A stretch of 62,603 bases of DNA, filler included, from Choristocarpus tenellus KU-1152 (GCA_964200185.2; 10 parts of 10 records of this genome joined end to end with filler, not necessarily neighbours in it); one strand, 5' to 3'; counted from the whole stretch's first letter, positions 25,371-40,115 are shown. Notes: generated by a model not told the origin, from the letters alone. Numbers and translations are program-made.

Positions 25371-28300
25371 ATGATCCGGTTATTGACTATAACACTAAAT
25401 TCTTTCGTGTTGAAGTCTTTGACTGAAACGTGTGCGTTTGTGGCCCCACATGGTCAACTCATTGGACGACCAGCGACGGTTCGCCACTCGTCGCGGAGGA
25501 ATGATTTGAAGGGGGTAAACATGTCAAGGAAACGGTGAGATGGGATGTCTTTCTCTCAATACCCCTGAGTACGTGTTTCTGAAGACGAATTATCTGCCTG
25601 TGGCATTGTTGTTGAAGATCTGGTACTACTCTTGAACCTAGTACGCACCTCGCCTCAACGTAAGTGATTCTCTCTTCACCAGTACCTCTAATAAGCCCAA
25701 TCAAAGCCTTGATAAAATCCAGTGAGTTACTGTTGTGTCGTTTGATTTGGGTGTTCGTCCTATGTCTCCTGTAGATATGGTACCCTTCAAAGCGAATGTC
25801 TAATTCCATTGATTCAAAGACAGTATTGATGTGATTTTGTTGCTGCAACGTTTACCGCCATATGCCGACACGTTTTGCTTTCTAGCATACTGGCAGGTGT
25901 CATGCCGGTGATGTCTGTGACGGAGGGATTGACTGTTGAGGAGGGAACTGCTGAAGTAACCGAGCGTAATGACCTCCGCAACCTAGCCATTGTGGCTCAT
26001 GTAGGTGAGCACGCGAGTACATCTACCTTGAGGTGACATTGCCCGCATTCCCAGAATAGTTGTATCCTGTGCGACTCATTGATGATGTTGGCCCAGGATC
26101 GCTAATACTCTAACACTGGTGCGAGAGGTCGAAGACTCATGGTTGAAAGGTAGCGTAGACGAGGAGCCACAACCAGGATAGGAATTGCATATAATTTTTC
26201 TTGCTGAGTATTCAGGTAAACTTCCCAATAATCTGATTATTTAATCTCGACACCCCGTTTTCCTTTTGATCTCACCCAAGTTTCGAGGTTGACTTCTTCT
26301 AAGTTCCTGTAAAGTGCAGATAGATACTTGCACTGGCAATGAACTCCTGAACCCTTCCCTTTTCTACACCAATTTAAATACATGTTCGAAATGTGTGTGT
26401 ACATTGCAGAATAGAAGCTTTTGAAAAATTTCCAATGCGAGCGCCTCATACCAGTGTTCCTTTCTCTTTTTCCTGATCATGTTGGTACCCAGATCACGGT
26501 AAGACAACGCTGGTGGATGCTATGCTGAAGCAGAGCTCTGTTTTCAGGGAGAACGAACAGGTTAGGTATTCAACATGTAGAGGTAGTGGTTGCAGAAAAG
26601 AAGTGTCCCTTTGCACTTCAGTTCAATTGGTTAGTCTCAGTTCAGGCTAAGGCTCAGCTGTCACCTGCAACCTAGGTTCAACTCAACAGGCCTTTTATCT
26701 GGTCCTAGGTGTCACATCGTCGGTTGTAGTGTTTGCTACAGAAAGCCCAGATATGAGATGTGCTTCGTTGTACATGTAAGGAGCAATATTCGCAGCATGG
26801 GAAACATCTTACACTGATGTCTCTTGTGCACCTATCTACAATTGACCTTTTGCAGATGGGGGAGCGTGTCATGGACAGCAATGACCAGGAGCGAGAGCGA
26901 GGCATCACCATCTTGGCCAAGGTGGGAAGAACCTCTCAAAAAAGCTTGATTGTTTCTTTTCTTGGCATGGAAAGTTGTCATTTCGCACGTCTCTGTTGGG
27001 GGCTTGATGTAGGTTATTTCTTTCTCATGATCTTGTTTCCCCGTCAAATTAACCACTGTTACGGGAGGGAGGGGTCGGCAAGGCCCCCGGAAAGTGCTAT
27101 CACTTTGCAGCCACAGAGTGACCTAGAGCTATTGCACGTAGAGGGACTTGTAGGCCTCTGTTTTTATTGTAAGAAAGAAGAAAGCTGTGACGCATTCAAT
27201 TATGTCTGTTCAAAACTCGTCATCTTATGAGATGTGAGACTGCCCAGTTTTCTTGTATTCAGAGCTATAGTTACGGCATTTTGATGATTTCTACAAAAGA
27301 TATATTTTTAGGTTACTTCTCCTGTTTGTTTACTTTTTTTGTTTTGATAAAAAACTGTTCATATACGAGGTCAGTTTGAATCTAGACTTGCCTTATATTC
27401 CTGAAAAGTTTTTTACCGGATGAAGACTTGATGTCTGACTGTTTGGGTCAGACCAGAACAAGTTCAATTACCTAACTTTTGTTTAATCTGACAGAGTTTT
27501 TTCCACAAACAATATTTTGGTATTTGTTTGAGTAACGCTACCTATCTTTAGGAAGAACTTAAAGAGCAGTTGGTGTAATTGCCAGTGATTTCAGAGTGTT
27601 ATCCTCCTGAATTTTTTTTCAATAGTTGGTTGTGTTGTGTTGGTACCAGGCAGGGGAGTTTACATAGGTATTTTTCACTGTTGAAGAGGTGTTCATGACA
27701 TAGTGCATTGTTTGTATGAGGGCTTGTCATGGGACGGGCCCATGTGTTGTCAGAATTTCAACTGGACCAGGCTGTGCAGATCAGCCCTATTGAAACATAT
27801 TTACAGAGGGTTGGTTCAGGATCATCAGTTTTTTTTTACAGAATGGGCTGCGGTATAGTCTTATTGAAATATGGTTCAACATAGGTGAGGTACATTAAAT
27901 ATTGTAAAAGGACCAGGCTGTGGATCAGTCTATGATTCCATTTAAACGTGATGTTACAGAGGTGACCTGGTCCGCTCTCAGTTCATATTATGATGTTGGA
28001 ATGTAGGCAGTGTGGGAGGTACTTTAAGAAACTGTTCATCTGACATGTACTTGAAGGAATATTTTGAACGGGCTGGTCCAGCTCACAACCACTTTATTCA
28101 GGCTGATCAGAGATTTGAACCGAGCTGGATCACGGGCTGGTTCTTGCAACATTTCTTTTTTACAAGGGTCAGTTCATGAAATGTCTGAGATGTGACCTAA
28201 CCGGGTCGTTGGCTGGCCTGTGGCACTGTTCAGAAATTCATCAATGTGGTGAAAGCCTTGAATTGTGTGTATGTATGATGAGAGTTTAACATTGAACTGT

Positions 28301-28443
28301 TCTGTTCTGTTTTGAAGAGTTGATGTGAAAGTACACAGGTGTAATGTTGTTGTAATGATTTTGACTTCTTAAGCAAATATTGTAGTCAATTTTAATCCAC
28401 CTTTCAACGGCTTAGCAGCTTTCATGTTCTTTCCATCCATAAT

Positions 28444-28493
<50 letters not shown>

Positions 28494-31400
28494 TCTTATC
28501 TCTTGCTCTCTCTCCCCCTGCTCTCACTGATCCATAGAACTGCGCCATCCTGTACAAAGGCACCAAGTATAATCTCGTGGATACACCAGGGCACGCAGAC
28601 TTCGGGGGAGAAGTGGAACGTATTCTCAACATGGTGGACGGCATCCTTTTGGTGGTGGACTCGGTGAGGGGGAAAAAAATAACTTTTTTTTTTTTCTGTG
28701 TGATGCTCTCATTCGTTGTAATTTGCTGAGGTCTATTGGTGATGTATAATTTTCTGGTTCATATTTGCCCAAGTGAAGACATGTGAAAAATGGACTCGAT
28801 TGTCAGAAAGTTGAGGAGCAAGAAAACATGATTATAGATAGAATTGACAGTCTCGCATTGTGGTGTCTAAGGTGTATGTCATGTTTCTCACTTGCCAAGA
28901 AATCATTTCACTTGTCAATTAAATATTTTAGGAGTGGGATTGGTATGTGCTGTTTTTCAAATATTTTATTTGGTGTGTTTTTTTTCCACTGCTGCCCCTT
29001 TCCTCGTATTCTCTTGTCTCCACAGGCGTGTACTTTTTGTTTATTTGAGGTGCTATACCTGACTCAATGTTGCTCCTAGAGTACAATCGCCTAACAATGT
29101 TTTGTCCGTGTGGGATGTACATGTCTCATTGCCACCCCTATCCCATTGGCACTGGTTTTTACAAACTGCTTTTGCTTGCACATTTTTAAGGTAGGGTGGC
29201 AATGTTGTGCTTTTCATATTCCACATGACAGGGTATATTTTGCATGGCAGGGGTGCGTAGAACTTCCTTTGCTTTTTAATTTTGTTCATCTTAATTTTTT
29301 TTTCAGACACCCCTCGCACTGTCTCTTTTTTTTGCACTAGGTGTTGCACTTAATGAAGTACAGTTCTCAATTTGTTGCTGTGCTTGTTTCGCTGACTGAA
29401 ATGCTCTCAAAAAGTGCACTGTGCTTACTCTTCACTGGCTCTTTAAGTATTGAGGAGTGGCACTGTCTTCAGGAGTGGAGAAAAATATACAATTTGGTTT
29501 AGGTTCTTTCTGGTTGATTGTGGTTGTACATACAACCCTAACCCAAACTAATTTGTACCCATAGGTGGCGTCCTGTGTACCCCCCTTCATTTGTGGTGTC
29601 TGCATTTAGGCAAGGATTGTGTTGATTAGAACAGGAAGGCGTGATTATTTATGTACTTTCTGTCAACACGCTGTTGTGTGTACGTGTACTGCCACAGGTT
29701 GAAGGTCCTAAGCCGCAAACACGATTTGTGTTGAAGAAGGCGCTTGAATTGGGATTGAAAGCTGTTGTGGTTGTGAACAAGATTGACAGACCCTCCGCAA
29801 GGCCAGACTATGTGGTGGACAAGACCTTTGACCTCTTCTGTGATCTTCAGGCGACGGACGAGCAGGCTGACTTTCAGGCAAGATATGAGAACAAGATATG
29901 AGAACAAGATATGAGAACGAGGTTGACTCTTTTGCTGTCATGTGCTTGGGACTCTAAGATGGTGCACTATGGGTGGATGTGTCGATTTGTTATTTGACTT
30001 GGTGTTGAAAATTGCATGGGGGATGGAGTGTGACATGCTATCCATGATTTTTAGGTGTTGTCTATGGAATGGATGTACTTTTTTTTGCTTAGCTTGCAGA
30101 TCCACAGACCAATCCATTCTTTCACCTCCAGTTCTGCTGACACCTGGTGTTGAATGCTGCTGAAATTGGGATGAAGGCTAATTCAATAGCATTCAATAGC
30201 GTTTTTTTTTTTCCTCTTAGTAGTTCAGATAACTTTTTTTATAATACAGTTTTTTTATATCTGACATTGAATAGACGTCACCCTGTTATCTGGAAGATGT
30301 GAACCAAAGTAGAGTCTTGAGATTTGGTCTTGGTCACCAAAGTAGACTCGGTCACAACTATAGCAAGAGATAAGGAAAGTAGCAGAGATGCCAATTCAGG
30401 CATCAGTTAGGAATAGTTGTAAGAGTGACGGAGGTAGATGTTCAGTTTCTCAACAGAGGGCAATTTGTGCAACGTTGTTGCTTGGTGACTGTTGCTTTAT
30501 TTCGAGCTTGGCATTTTTTTGTAAGATAGATCAGATACTGTTTGGTAAGATAAGATATTGTTTTGGTTTCAATTGCTGTGTGAAGAACAATGCCATATTA
30601 ATCTCTTTTGGTCTTTTAAGTGGAGACGATCGTACCATGATGTGAATCTATGACATCAACAAAATTGTAGTAAGAGACGTCTTTATTGAATGTAGGCATG
30701 TAAACTGACTTTGCTCGTCCTTTCCTCTTTGCCTGTCTCTAAATCTTTCTTCTCCTAATGCATCCCTTCATCAGATTGTGTACACATCTGCTATCCAAGG
30801 TATTGCAGGGAACGAACCAGACGAAATGGCTGAAAACATGGAACCTCTTTTTGAGGCCATAATGGGAATGCCCAAGCCTGTAGTGAAGGAAACTTCCCCT
30901 CTTCAGGTAAACTTCATCATAAGATTTTTATGAAGTCTAGAAGACAAGAATGTATATATATTAAATGTCCCTGCTTTTGGTGATGTTTGCTCTACATATT
31001 CAGGACTACTACATGCTCAAAAACATCTTTTGCTTTTGAATGTCGGGTCAGATATGGCGACCACTGTACCCACTTGTAAGTACTTGCTCTCACATGGCCT
31101 ACTATAAAGTCAGAACACCAGTTGGTCACATGTAGCCCAAGAGAAATCGAGCAGTATACCTGTAATTGTGGCGATTTTTTTTCACTGTAAGAGATCATCT
31201 GAATGTTGTATGCGTGGTACATTTCAAGAGCAAAATGTCTGAACCAAATTGAAAACATTATTGTAGAGTTAGAACTATCATGTGCCGTAGTATTGTGTTT
31301 CAGGTTCTAGATAGAAGCTACTTGAGCTCATTTATGTGGAGGTATTGTTTTTGTTTTTTTGCACCCTACAATGTGCCTCTTTTTTTTGTACATACACATT

Positions 31401-34400
31401 AGTTGTACGATACACTGCTACAGCACTCTTCAGAGTATACATTATTTAAACATTTGATCCTAAACCTCGTTATTTAAATATATGGTACGAAATATATGAT
31501 ATGATATGATATGATACGATATGATATGAAATGATATGATATGAAATATATGGTACGAAATATATGGTTTTCTCAAGTTCGGAACCTCAATCAACAAAAA
31601 CTAGGAGCATAGCTTCTTTGCTCATAGATTTTAATTGTTTGAAACTTGAAACTTATCAAGATAATTTTCTATACTACACCCCTGTTTTCAAGGTGCTTGT
31701 GGCGAACATTGACTATGATGACTTCAAGGGGAAGCTGGGGGTTGGACGAGTCCACTCAGGTTCACTCAAACGTGGTGGGAATGTTGCCCTTGCAAGACCA
31801 GACCAAGACCTGAAGGCGGGCAAGATCTCTGAGCTGTTTGTGTTTGATAACCTTGGGCGAAAGGTAATGAATGGGGAGATAATAATAATAATCGGTAATT
31901 CAACTCTAACAGGTCACCTGCCTTTGAAGTAGAGGATATTGGTTTGAGTGCTTTCCTCTTGAATGATTGGTTTCCTCTGATGCTGCATGCCTCTTGGAGG
32001 CTGGGAAGAGATGGTTGATTGCGATGACTTTGCTATTGTGAGTGTTGTGAACAATGTGGACTTGATTGACTGAATTTGTTTTATTAAGAAACATCTGAGA
32101 TTGTAACTGAGAATGTTTGTTGAGCTATTTTTTTTTTTTGTGCAGGTGTTGTATCACCTGCATCATTGCTTTCTTTTTTATTTGTTGTACGGTGTATAGA
32201 AAAATATACGTACAAATAATTTTGTGTGAAGAAGAGTTGGGTTTGTACTACAAATGCCATCTTCACTCTTTGCAGCCAACCCCTAGTTACATATTCTTAT
32301 ACCTTGCTTGAGCAAAGTATGAGCAATAATCTGTGTCAGATATTCCAGGAGATCGTGCTTCTGGTGAACGAGAGACTTGAGCTTGATGTGGGGTCCATCA
32401 CTAACTGGAGGGCTGTTTGCCTTGTAGTACCTCTGTACTAGTTTAATCAAGTCAATTGACAACTTCTAAGGAGTTAGATTTTCATTAAGTTAATTTGTTC
32501 GTGGCACTGGCTATTCCAGACAAGCTTTTGAAGTCAAGCCTTTCAGACAATGAATAGATTTCCGCTTGGTGCAGGGGCTGAATTGTCTGAATTGTCTGAA
32601 TTGGTGTCGTGAACGTTGTCTTTTAGTTCGATTGGCATGTCACATTGCCTAGGTCTGAGCTCCTTAGGTCCTTTACCAAAAATTTGTTAAAGTTGTTCAA
32701 AACCTCGGTTCGGATGATAAGAGTTGTTTGTATTCATGCCATGTGGTTTTTCAGGCTGTGGATGAAGCTCATGCAGGAGATATTGTCATGATTGCTGGCC
32801 TACCAGAGGTTGGCATTGGAGACACCGTGGTTGACCCTGCTACACCAATGGTGCGTTGATATATATATTGTATTGTATTGTATTGTATTGTATTGGGTAT
32901 CTCAGAGTGGCAATACATAAAAAAATACATGGAGTGTTTTTGGCTTCCGATTTTGTTTTTTCTTTCTGAGGGATATGTGTGTATAAAAAAAAGAACTGCC
33001 TTGCAAGGGTTACGTTCACGCGTGTGGTGTTGTTGATGATGTTTGTGTTTGTGTGATCTCCCTCAGCCTATGGAACCGATTGCTGTTGAAGAGCCAACTG
33101 TAAGGATGACGTTTGGGGTAAACAAGTCTCCTCTGGCTGGCAGAGAGGGAAAATATCTCACGACAAGGATGATCCGAGATCGCTTGATGAAGGAGCTAGA
33201 CCGAAATGTTGCTTTGAAGGTTGAAGAGACAGGATCGTCAGACATTTACGAGGTGAGTTGGAGGCAGGTGGTTGTTACTATCTGTATTAACAACATGGCT
33301 GCTCTTGTTTATACAATTTGTATTACGTCACACATTTGAGTTTTTCTTTACTACAAAGTACATTTTTCCTTACTAGGTCACTAGTGGAAGGGTGGTAAAT
33401 GTAGCTTATATTTTAAGGGCAACGTTTTTGGTGCACTCTTGCTTGTTCTGTTTTTTTAATGGTACTTCTACTAGGTCAGTGGGAGAGGTCAATTGCACCT
33501 GACTGTGCTGATTGAGACAATGCGCAGGGAAGGGTTTGAGCTGCTGATCGGCCCCCCGACTGTGATTACAAAGGAAGTGGATGGAAAGCTCAATGAACCA
33601 TTTGAGACAGTGGAAGTGCAGGTGTGTTGCAAAGATGCACGGCTTTGATACTTGCTTACATAGTACTGGGTGATTGTTTGGAGAAATGTTTGGTTGTGTG
33701 TATGTCGCATGGTTGTTGTTTGGAGAGATATCTACTTCATGCCATCCTCTACAACTTTTGAATAGTTCGAGTGCGTTGTCAGGATGATTACCCCTTTGCA
33801 TTGTGAACCTCAATGCAAATGCCACACACAGTTGCATTTGAGTGGGCTCAGTAATCCCACCTCGAGAATGCAGGAGAGTCTTGATGATACATTTGCCACA
33901 TCTCATCTTTGATGTATTGTTTGGGTGTGGCCGTACACTGTATCCCTAACCCTAACCTTCTGATTGGTTGAGAACTTGGTTTATATGGTTGGCACTATTT
34001 ACATCGATGGGGGTTCTTACCTCAGTCATTGTAGAGTCAATACCTTGCAGTTTGTTCAGTTTTCAAGAGTTGTGATTCGACACCAGTTACAATTATTTCC
34101 ATCTGTTCTATGTTTTACATGTTTGAGAAGTCAATTAGACGTAAGCGTGTTCTGCACTCTGACCCAAAGGAGAGATTGCAAGACTGTGATATCCTTCCTT
34201 TTTGGTAGTCTTGGAACCCATGTGTGGCATGTGCTGAAATGTGTCCAAGAACTGGACAATCGCCCTGTTACTCCTATACTTGACCTGTTTTCTCCACAGT
34301 GTTGCCGGCCTTTACTTAGTCTGGTCAATACAGAGAGTCCACAATTGTGTTGTCAAGAGCTTGGCCACTTTAAATGTTTTTACCCTGTGGCATGTGGTAA

Positions 34401-36992
34401 TGCAGGTTCCAGATGAGTACACAGGGTCAGTGGTGGACTTGCTTTCACGCAGACGGGGGGAGATGATCAATATGATGCCAGTGGACACAGGGGGTGATAC
34501 AAGTATGACTAACATAGAATATGTTGTCCCGACTCGGGGTATGATTGGTCTTCGCAACACATTGCTTACGGCAACACGTGGTACAGCTGTGATGGACACC
34601 ATCTTCAATTCATACAAGCCGTTTGCTGGTGAGCGGGAACACTCCGCCTTGCTGTGTAAACAATGTAGACCACTTTATCCTACATGTCATACAAGGTTCT
34701 TTTCTGTTTGCATTTTCACTCTGTTGAACAGGGTTGGTGTTGGAAGAGGAGGTTCATATCGTTGTTTTTCTGGGTTATGATTATTTTTTGTAGTTCCAGG
34801 GGATGGATAAAGAAATATTTTAATACACATTTCTTCATAAAAGTGGGTGTATGGACAATATTTGTATCCTCTCTGTGGGAAATTATTCTTCTGGGAAGTA
34901 TATCCGTACATGCTGGAAATGTATCTTTGGATTTTTCAAGATTTTCCTCTATTGTGGTGTTTAGCCTGCCTGAGAATATGAGATACTGGGGTATTGTAGA
35001 GTCATATAAAACATCTTGAGGTATCATTAGCACTAGTCCTGTCTACCTCACCAAGTGCGTGGGCTCTAGTATCAAGTTGCAATTGATAGGTAGACTATTT
35101 TTGTATAGTTTACTGTGGGGGTTCAATTTTCTCTAACTGCAAAACTGTGAAAGAAGAGTGTGAGTAATCTCCAATGGACATACATAATCACTTCATGTAT
35201 TCCTCACCTTGACATCTGTTTCATGTTCATTTGCAATGGCGTAACCATATGTTGTTGATGCTCATTGTATTTCTTGTGGGACAGGTGATATTGAGGCCCG
35301 TGACAAGGGTTCACTAGTTGCACATGAGGATGGGCCGGCAACATCATTTGGGATTATTGGAGCTCAGCCAAGGGGAATGCTGATGGTGTCTCCTAAGGAT
35401 GACATCTATCGGGACATGATTGTGGGATTGCATCAGCGCCCAGGAGACTTGAGGGTCAACGTGTGCAAGGTACTATGAAGTTAAAACATTAGGAAAGTTT
35501 GTTGTGTCGTGAAATTGAAGGTTTTGTGAGTTTGTAGTAAATGGACTAAAAAGTTTCAATAAAGTAAGCAAAACATGAGGATGATGAGGAGTCTTGAGCT
35601 TTATGTGATGTGCAGGAGAGATAACCGATTGAAACCATACTTTTTTTTTGTTCACTGTTCTATAGGATAAAACCATACTTTCCTTATTTAGCATTTTTTT
35701 CCATCTATATGAGTAGCGGGTAAGCCATTTCCTTACATACTGATTAAGAGAGGTCTTAGTTATCCCATCAGCTGCTTCACATAGTTGTGTAGGTTGGAAT
35801 GAACCAGGGGTTGATTGGTTTATAGAGATATTTCAAGTGTATGTAAATTAGTAGCACAGCTCCTGTGCAATTCTTACTGCACATGCTGCCTGGGAATCAC
35901 ATTTTTCATGCTAAAAGATTTTTTGTGGGGTACTCAGGCTTTGTGTACGTAAGCTTTTCTGTTGTCTTTTACCGACAGAAACTGAGCCTTCAATCTCCTA
36001 CTTGAGTAAATACTAGATTTGAGACCGCGATTTGAAAATGATAATTGAACAGCATGAGGCACGCGCACAATCATGGGGAGGGCTTCATCTCACCAGCATT
36101 TGGTATGGGTATTGGATTGATGTTTCAATCTGGTTGATGATTTAAATGATGGAATATTTCTTGCAGTGTTCGCTGATTCCATTCTTGTGAGGTGGTGCTT
36201 GGCTGATGTGTTTGTAAGATCTGTTTGAGACACCTCACTCACTGGTTCACACGAGTCTCATCTCCTCAGGTATGTGAAAGCGTTAATATGCTCATCAAAA
36301 GCATGGTCATATGGGTGAGGGGTTTCTCTTCTGAGCCCATAGACACGATGTGGCTGTCTGTTTTGGAAAGGAAAGTGAGATGGCTACACATTTGGAGGAT
36401 ATTCTATTTATCAAGTAACACATGTATGTCTACATAATATAATAGCCTTCCATTGAAACATTTTGATACACTGGTGCTGACCCACCCCTCATTTCTCTGC
36501 CACCTTCAGCAAAAGGCACTGAACAATATTCGATCGGCGACAAAGAGCATCTCAGAAGGACTTGTGCCACCAATTGAAGTGAACTTGGACTTTGCAGTTG
36601 AATACATCCAGGTATGTTCTTTACTCCAATTATGCACAATTTCTTGCATACCATACCTCTTAACTATGGCATTTGAACATTTATGAATGTGTGTAGAGAA
36701 AATTGAATCTTACATGATGCATGTAAAATGTTCATGTATATGTAGTGTAGAAGATGGAGGAATCGATTATGTTCTAGAACTTTGGGGTGAGCCCCATTAG
36801 GGAGACATTCATCATACCTTGGAGAGGTGCTCCATCGCATGCATCCTGTTGAGGTGGATTTCTCTTTACTCAACCCTGTCTTTTTTCACCTTCACTCTCT
36901 TGTGCTGTTACCAGAACGATGAGCTTGTGGAGGTTACTCCAACCAAAATCCGTATGGCGAAGAACCCTGAGATGCTCAAGAAGAGGTCATAA
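25371..36992 (+). CDS. typA: Plastid-targeted TypA/BipA ribosome-associated translational GTPase, complete. Exons 25371-25534, (25618-25659 uncertain), 25886-26004, 26493-26560, 26856-26921, 28538-28663, 29698-29877, 30775-30906, 31693-31863, 32755-32850, 33067-33252, 33475-33621, 34406-34628, 35285-35469, 36510-36611, 36915-36992
   Basis: G-domain motifs [58 protein letters not shown] and NKID. TypA-specific motifs [51 protein letters not shown] and DELVEVTP. All junctions are in phase. The N-terminus has a bipartite presequence (TCA-FVAP). Confidence 0.97.
28448..28490. repeat. (CT)n microsatellite in a TypA intron near the acceptor. Another (CT)n tract at 45268-45308
   Basis: Read directly from the sequence. 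Confidence 0.9.
31476..31568. repeat. (ATATG)n microsatellite flanked by the direct repeat AAATATATGGTACGAAATATAT
   Basis: Read directly from the sequence, inside a TypA intron. Confidence 0.8.
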
Positions 36993-39900
36993 GTTGGTTG
37001 CTGGAAACCATTTTTTGTTCATGATATTGATGATAAAGTCAAACGGTTTTTGTTTCTCCATTGACGCAAGGATAGCTATCTGGTGCAGTCAATAGGTTTG
37101 TCTTGCACTATTTTGTTACCTATTCCGGTTCTCTTGATCGGTCTTGATGAGTTCAAGTCACGCTCATTGAGAGGTATACACGGTTGCATTGTAAGGATCC
37201 TCCCAAATGGTGAAAAAATATGAGTCTTTTTGTACATTACGAAAAGGGCCTTGCTCACTCGTGTTTTTTTTGTCTGTCTTCTGCAGTGACGCCACCATTA
37301 GTGGGGGCTTCCATTGTGCACATATAACATGTAACAGTGTGTATTGCACAGGGCTTAAAAAAGGGCATATAATGCAAGATGACCAAACGTGTGTACCTCT
37401 CAGTTAGTGTGACTGTTTTATATATTTTGTCTTCCCAGGATATTGTGGAAGGACGGTGTTTATGTAACACTGCAGCAGTACAGACCTAGGAAGGAGTTGA
37501 GTAGACAGAAGGTTAGAGTGAGAGACCTTGAGATATTGTCCTCACATTTAAATTGCCATTAAATACAGTAATGAAAATTGCAGTTTGTGCACCCTTTGTC
37601 ATGACAGGGTTTGCAGTGGGCAACCTTCCACAGGTACTTCAAAATATTTCACACTTTTATTTCTGAGCACATGAGTCCAAACTTAACTCACGCCAAATAA
37701 ATGTAGTGTATCAAATGCCCAGTAAGTTATGCCCCTGGCACTATCTTCAGATAAATTTGCATTTTTTTGAGTGGAAGTGGTATTTTGCTGAACTGTGTGT
37801 ACTGGATGTGTGAATTTTCTGCGGTTTTTGAAAAAAATTCTGTTATCCTTAATTTCTTTTTTGATACTATTCTACTGCTGAAGTGTAAGTAGCTATATTA
37901 CGTTGAGCAGTGGTCCAAAGAGGGTGTGTCCCAATGTTTTTCTACTGAAAGGGTTACAATATTTGGGGTATTGTCAGTATTTTTGTATGTCCCCCGGTGG
38001 CTTTTTCTTGGAAAGCGTAACTTGTTCTGGAAGTTTCTTGTGGGTTTCGTAATTTGTAGCGGTGTGTGAGGGATGAAATTTGTCGCGTAGTTTTCCCCTG
38101 TATCTTAAGAATAAATAATTTTGCTTTCAAGATAAGTTTTCTTTCTTGGGCAGCAGAGAAAACAATAATTTGTTCGAAGAGGGTCCTACATCGTTCAGTA
38201 TGATGTTAGCATTGGTGTCTGTGGAAGTTTATTGATGGTGTTCTTTGTGGAGTTGAGGTGATCAAGAACAATGATAAAGAAATCCTACATGGACAACAGT
38301 ATTAGTAGTGTCATCGCAGCTCTATTCCTTGACTTAATCTGGCGAGCTCTAAATGACCTGCTGTTGATGATTTGATTGTCATAAGAAAAACCCTACACCT
38401 ATCACAACATCGAATATTGCACTGCCAACCTGTCTGCTGAATATTTTGAAGCGATTTTGAAGGCTGGGGGAGGGGGTTTCTGACCTAAACCAATTGAGAG
38501 GTAGGCAGGGTAGCATTTCAAGGATCCTGAGAAAGAGCAGACATACGCTATTGTGACTTTTTTAGAAAAAAAGGTTTTGCTTAATTGTGCTATCACTTTG
38601 TATTTGGAAAGGGGGAGCATCCATTTTGCTTGCACTGTTGTACACATACATGAAGCCATGAAATAGAGTGTAGTGCATAGAGTAAGGAAGATGGTGTTCG
38701 TAGATAGTGCTGCTGATACACTATAGACACCATCGGTGGAGTAGATTAGGAAATGCAGACACCACTGTTNNNNNNNNNNNNNNNNNNNNNNNNNNNNNNN
38801 NNNNNNNNNNNNNTTAATTAATTAANNNNNNNNNNNNNNNNNNNNNNNNNNNNNNNNNNNNNNNNNNNNATATACTTCTAGAACATATGTAGCAGGTGGT
38901 AAATGATTGGCAAACCACCCCCCCTGGCAGAGCAGCACACCTCAAACATGCACTCCTGGAGTAGCTTTGTATTATTGGTGGCAATCTCTTCAAGGAAGAT
39001 TTCTTGCAACTCCTAGAGATGGACTGGCACATATCTTCAGTACAGTGGCCCAAAAACATCAGCAGCATCAGCAGCACTAAGAGACAGTGGCTCCCTCTCG
39101 ATTTTTTCCACCATGACTGGTGCTGCCTTCCTCATCCTCCACAGAGATCGACAAGGAAAACACCTCATGCAGGAACAGTAGAAGCAGGAGTCCTCTCCAC
39201 TTCTTCAAGATTCAGGATGCTTCCCTCTCGACTTTCAAGGGGTGTAATGAGCAGAGCAGATCCTGCTGCTAACAAAGTCGCAACAGCAACGACAGCAACA
39301 TCACGTTCCTCCTATACTGGAGTACAGCACCTTGCACCTCATAATTTTCTTAACTCAATTGGCCAGTCTGAGCAGTTAGGTCAACTGTTGTCCGGGCCAT
39401 CGCAGGTCAGCTTGTGGGCCAGACATGTTGAAACAGTTGACAGCCTTGGACTGGCCCTGTCAGAAGACGTTGGTATCAAGCCAAACTGCAGCCCTATCAT
39501 GTTGAAATAGTTGGTGGCCACAAATTACAATGTATCTTAACCGGACCAGGTAGTCAAGATCAGTCAGACCAGCCCATTCAAATTATCTCCCTAACTATGG
39601 AAAATATGTGTGGGAAAATTTTTTTATGCATGTATACACTCCATATATATATATATATGGAGTATACATATATGCCTTCAGCGACTCACACTTGCACCAG
39701 TGTGTCGAAACATATTGGGATCAGAATGGATTGATTTTGTAACGCTATATTTAGAGGTCGCCTCAGGCTGGTCCACAGTCCAGTCCGGATACAAGATCCG
39801 ACAACATACAAGAAAACGTTGGAACCAGTCTGGCCTGCAGACTGGTCCCTTCACATATCCCCCAACTGATGATTAGCCAAGTGTCTTTCCTTCAACAATT

Positions 39901-40115
39901 GCTTTACTCACACTCCTTTTTTATATACAGGACTGCTATTTCTTTGGCACCACAATGAAGCTCAGGTTGACAGATTGAGCCTGTTCAAAGGAGGAACCCT
40001 GCCAACCTTTTGCAAAGGAATCTAATTATCACACCACCCCACATACTGATTCATTCCGCAGAAGAAATTCTTCAAACCTTCTGTGCTACTTTGCCTTGAT
40101 GATATTACAAAAAAG

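Noticed and set aside
25371-36992. typA as bacterial contamination or recent horizontal transfer
   Set aside because: It has 13 or more spliceosomal introns and a plastid presequence. Nuclear-encoded plastid TypA is well known in plants and algae.
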